A stretch of DNA of 63,844 nucleotides, the filler included, from Ministeria vibrans ATCC 50519 (lineage: Eukaryota > Protista > Filasterea): NCBI GenBank assembly GCA_943704425.1. It is 7 parts of 7 records of this genome, joined end to end, with 100 filler letters (N's around TTAATTAATTAA, not from the genome) between each part and the next. Parts side by side here need not be neighbours in the genome. Positions count along the whole stretch, not along the records: positions 60,264 to 61,858 come from CALSCP010001140.1; positions 61,959 to 63,844 come from CALSCP010000921.1; 5 more parts are not named here. The stretch is one strand, 5' to 3'. The number at the start of each line of letters is the position of its first letter. Within the stretch, counting starts at the first letter, position 1. Positions 60,375-63,844 of this stretch are shown here, piece by piece. The translations under genes and the position numbers were made by a program. A model generated the notes under the pieces. It was not told the origin of the DNA, did not search any database, and saw only the letters and a program-made list of their open reading frames with translations.

Positions 60375-60424
60375 TTGCAAATGTTTGCAATAATGAATAA
60401 TCCAATTATTGCAAACATTTGCAA
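60375..60424. repeat. Perfect 20-bp inverted repeat with 10-nt loop
   Basis: TTGCAAATGTTTGCAATAAT-gaataatcca-ATTATTGCAAACATTTGCAA. Confidence 0.9.
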
Positions 60425-60617
60425 TAGCCAATAATGAATACTGAATAAGACGAGTGGGCTTCCACCTTTTGCAAAGAATGCAATCAGTCAGATCACTCAC
60501 TGAGAATCAGTCAACTACCATTCACCAAGGTTGGCTTGCACAATAGGCGGGCGCAATTGTATAATATATAATTATAATAATTATATTTTTGACTATGAGC
60601 AGGTCAAGGGAGGTTTA

Positions 60618-61414
60618 TTACAGCTTGAAGGTGAGGGCCAGACCAAGCTTGTTGGCGTCGGAGCCACCGGCAAGGAGACCCGAAAGGGTGGCGGTGACGC
60701 CCGGGCGGATATCCTCGGTGTAAGAGACGCCGAGTTGACCCTTGGTGTCGACCTTGACCTTGGCCGAGGCGGTGCCCTTGTCGCAGCAGGAGAACTTGGC
60801 GGCGAGGGCGGCGACGACGCCACCGCTGGCCTCACCGTGCGCCCACGTCATCTTGGCGCCAAAGTCAACCTTGGGGTTGACCTTGTGGAAGACGGCACCC
60901 TCGAGCGTCTTGCCGTTAGCGACAGTGGTGAGCTTGTAGTCGGGGCCGATCACGGCGAGCGCCAGGTCGTTCTTGGACACCTTGCCGCTCTCGACGTTGT
61001 ACGCACCCTCGTAGCCAACCAGCACCTTGCTGCCGTATGCGAACACAGCCGCGCCGGTGAAGGTAGGTCCCTTGAAGACGTCGAGTGTGCCCTTGACGTT
61101 GACCGACGCGTTCTTAAACTGACCCGCGAGCGTCAGCGACTTGGACGAGGTGTAGGGCGAGAAGGCAGACTCGGCCGTCAGGGTCACGCCGTTCGACACG
61201 TAGTTGGCGGCCTCAGCCTCCACCGACAGGACGTTGTCCGTGGTCCACTTCTCCGTCAGCTTGAGCTCTGCAATGAGTACACGACAACAAGTCAACAACA
61301 ATGAACACTGAAGACTCTCTCGCTCTACGTACTCTCGCAGCAGTGGAAGGTCGACTCGACCTCGCCGCTGATGTCGCCAGACTTGGCCGAGCGAGTGCCG
61401 GTTGCCTTGAATTC
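60618..61414 (-). CDS. VDAC: Voltage-dependent anion channel (mitochondrial porin), 5' exon(s) missing
   Basis: EFKATG..ISGEVESTF|KLTEKWTTDNVL..LDVFKGPTF..VGYEGAY..FHKVN..AKVKVD..LGVSYTEDIRPGVTATLSGL..NKLGLALTFKL*. Confidence 0.92.
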
Positions 61415-61858
61415 CTGCAAAGACAAACGACATTAGGAAAAAAACGGAGCAAGTTTTGTTGCTTCATTGGCTTTTGATCAAATTTGTCCACAAGTGGTGT
61501 GCAATGCGGGTAAGCATGGGAATAGTGCACCAATGGGTCGACGCAAGCATCAGCGACAGGGACAGCGCATTACAGTGAGCAAAGATGCTTTTTTTTCTCT
61601 CTTGTCGTCTCAATTTCCAAATCGACATCCGACAAATCGATTTGAAAAACACGCAGACAGAGAGAAAGAGAGCGCATTGAGGGAGGAGAGGAAACCCAGC
61701 AGCACCACAGACACAACACACTGGTGTACGCGGGACGTAGACGCACACCGTTGCGACGGCACACGGAGACAAACAGAAGAGAAGAAAAAAAAGTGAGCGC
61801 ACTTGCCAAAGGTACTCGGGTGCACTTATACTTATGAGATATAGTTTTCCTTCCGTTT

Positions 61859-61958
61859 NNNNNNNNNNNNNNNNNNNNNNNNNNNNNNNNNNNNNNNNNN
61901 NNTTAATTAATTAANNNNNNNNNNNNNNNNNNNNNNNNNNNNNNNNNNNNNNNNNNNN
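61859..61958. other. Artificial contig linker
   Basis: N44-TTAATTAATTAA-N44. Confidence 0.98.
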
Positions 61959-61960
61959 TC

Positions 61961-62042
<82 letters not shown>

Positions 62043-62123
62043 CTGTCTCTCTCTCTCTCTGTTGGGTGTTGGGGAGGGTATGTGTGTCTTGACCTGACTG
62101 TTTTGTGTGATTTTTTTGTCTAG

Positions 62124-63142
62124 ACTGTTTCGTGCAAAGGCCTACTTGACCAATCAGGAAAAGCTACTTTATCAACTCATTAAAAAAGTCGATCAGAACA
62201 TTGTGGAGATGACAGGTACTTCAAACTGGTATATTTTTATATTATTCGGTTGATCTTTGTGGGTGTTTTGCATAGGAGTTGATCCTCATTCGGCGCAAGC
62301 AGTCATGACTCTCATTCGAGGTACTCGCACCTATTTTGCTGGCGATAGATACGACTTATTGACATGGGGTGTGTTGTGTGTAGAGAGCGAAGTGGCCAAG
62401 GGACATATGGAGGGAGTATTGAAGGTGCACATTGGAGTGCTCAACTCCATTGACGTCGAAACGGTGCGCATCTCAACTGACCCACTCAGTCGGTTTCTCA
62501 TTCCTTTTTGTCTATTGATCTCTGTCGCGGGTAGGACAAGGAGATTGAACAGGACTACAAGCAGGAGCTGAAGAGTATGGCGAGCTACGTGTCGGCTGCG
62601 CTGACGCACATCAAACGTATTGATGATGCACGCGACATTGAGACCTACTGGAGGGAACAGGTGCAGGCCATTGACGGAATTGCCGAGAATGCCAAGAAAA
62701 TCAACGAGGTACCCTTTGTTCTGTTTTTTTTATTTCATTCCATTTATTCATTGCGGTGTAGGCAAAGGCGTCGCAGCTGCGCGCGCAGGAGCGCGTCAAA
62801 CTGCTCAGCAAAGGAAACATTGCCGAACTGCGCATGTTTGACTTTCAGCGCGAGCGCGACTTCAGGGACATTATGCTTGAGTACACTCGCCGTCGTATCC
62901 AGCGCAATGACCAGGTATGTACACTCGCCCAGATTATTCTGTTTTCAAATTTCATTCACACACAATCTCTCCATGTTTCAATTCTTCCAACTCTTTCACT
63001 CTTTGTTCATTTCTATCCCTCATGTTTCTTTCTCTCTCTCCTTCTCTCCCTCTTTGGCTTCTTGTAGATTTCGGCACTGTGGCGCACCGTGCAAGCTCAG
63101 GCCGAACTGCCTGTTGTGGCCACTTTGCGCTGCATTCAATGA
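62124..63142 (+). CDS. 3' part of a sorting-nexin-type BAR-domain protein, multi-exon, partial
   Basis: Helical exons ending ..LLSKGNIAELRMFDFQRERDFRDIMLEYTRRRIQRNDQ|ISALWR.., which fits the SNX-BAR ExxxFxxxRxxDF..Y..W motif. Confidence 0.65.
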
Positions 63143-63271
63143 GTCTCATTTACATTATAATTATCCAAAAAAAAGCAAGATATCATACGTTCGTTTTAAT
63201 TATCTACACACTATTACGTCACTCGTCTATTGCGTCCTCTCGTTTCCCTTTCTCTCTGGCTCTTTGCGTCA

Positions 63272-63753
63272 TCACAGGTCGTCAAGTGACACTTCTCCAA
63301 AGTCTATGTCTTCAAGTTTACACTTGAGTGGATCTACCCAAATAGAAAAACACGTTATCATTGCCATACAATATCTATGTCTGTATGAGCACCTTCCTCC
63401 AGAGCTGAAAGTTCGGCCGGGGTCGTCTTGTCGTTTGCAAACGAGATTCGGCCGATCAAGTCGTCGAGAACATCGTCCTTGATCACTAAACACAACACAA
63501 ATGTAAGACACACATGCGCCTCTTGCCGCGCACCCACATACCAACTTCGGGCCCGCGGTAGGCACAAAGAGACTCCAAGGAGACGTCGCTGTACGGCTCA
63601 GGCGCCGCTGCGACAGTGCTTTCGGCGCTGACGCCAAACGGCTTGACCCTCGCCGCTCTGGCCGCCCGCTGCGTCTTTTTGGGGTTCGACTGCTGCGGGC
63701 CACTCATGGGGTGCTGGGCATTCGGATCAAACGCCCCCAGTGCTTGTCGTTTC
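63272..63753 (-). CDS. 3' exons of an unidentified gene
   Basis: GC-rich coding-like exons with GT-AG boundaries ending ..LEDIDFGEVSLDDL*; no family recognised. Confidence 0.5.
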
Positions 63754-63844
63754 TGGATGACGAGTTGAGGACGGAACACACACAACAACGTTTTTGTGTT
63801 ACTTACTTTTGCTGGGTGCTGTGTGTGTGGGGGTTTTTTTTTTC

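Overview
This is not prokaryotic DNA. It is a very compact, intron-rich eukaryotic genome with GC-rich exons, GT-AG introns full of (CA)n, (CT)n and (TTA)n microsatellites, and intergenic gaps of only about 50-330 bp. The organism is probably a flagellated unicellular amorphean, possibly a holozoan (inference from CFAP57 plus animal-type KIAA0319, EAR, EGF and C12orf56 homologues). The window is seven separate contigs joined by an artificial 100-nt linker (N44-TTAATTAATTAA-N44), so adjacency across linkers carries no biological meaning. Genes recognised by manual splicing and remembered motif similarity (no database searches were run): UBE3D, CFAP57, COX10, an orphan first exon of HDAC3, a charged-helix protein, mitochondrial Lon, a multi-glycosyltransferase fusion, an EAR/EPTP-repeat fragment, PRCC, LMF2, FAM98, GBE1, an NHL+EGF secreted protein, RABL6, MGAT4-like, TAF9, a 2.36-kaa KIAA0319/AAVR-like receptor with a very large Cys-rich repeat insert, AP4B1, a small secreted His-brace (LPMO-like) protein, SPTLC1, UPF2, C12orf56/DUF4551, VDAC and an SNX-BAR fragment. 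The best candidates for novelty are: (1) a chimeric glycosyltransferase joining an exostosin GT64-like domain to bacterial CgeB/GT2-like modules; (2) a four-exon secreted His-brace copper protein that is largely invisible in the ORF track; (3) the KIAA0319-like receptor with higher-order Cys repeats; and (4) the HDAC3 exon 1 with no downstream exons.
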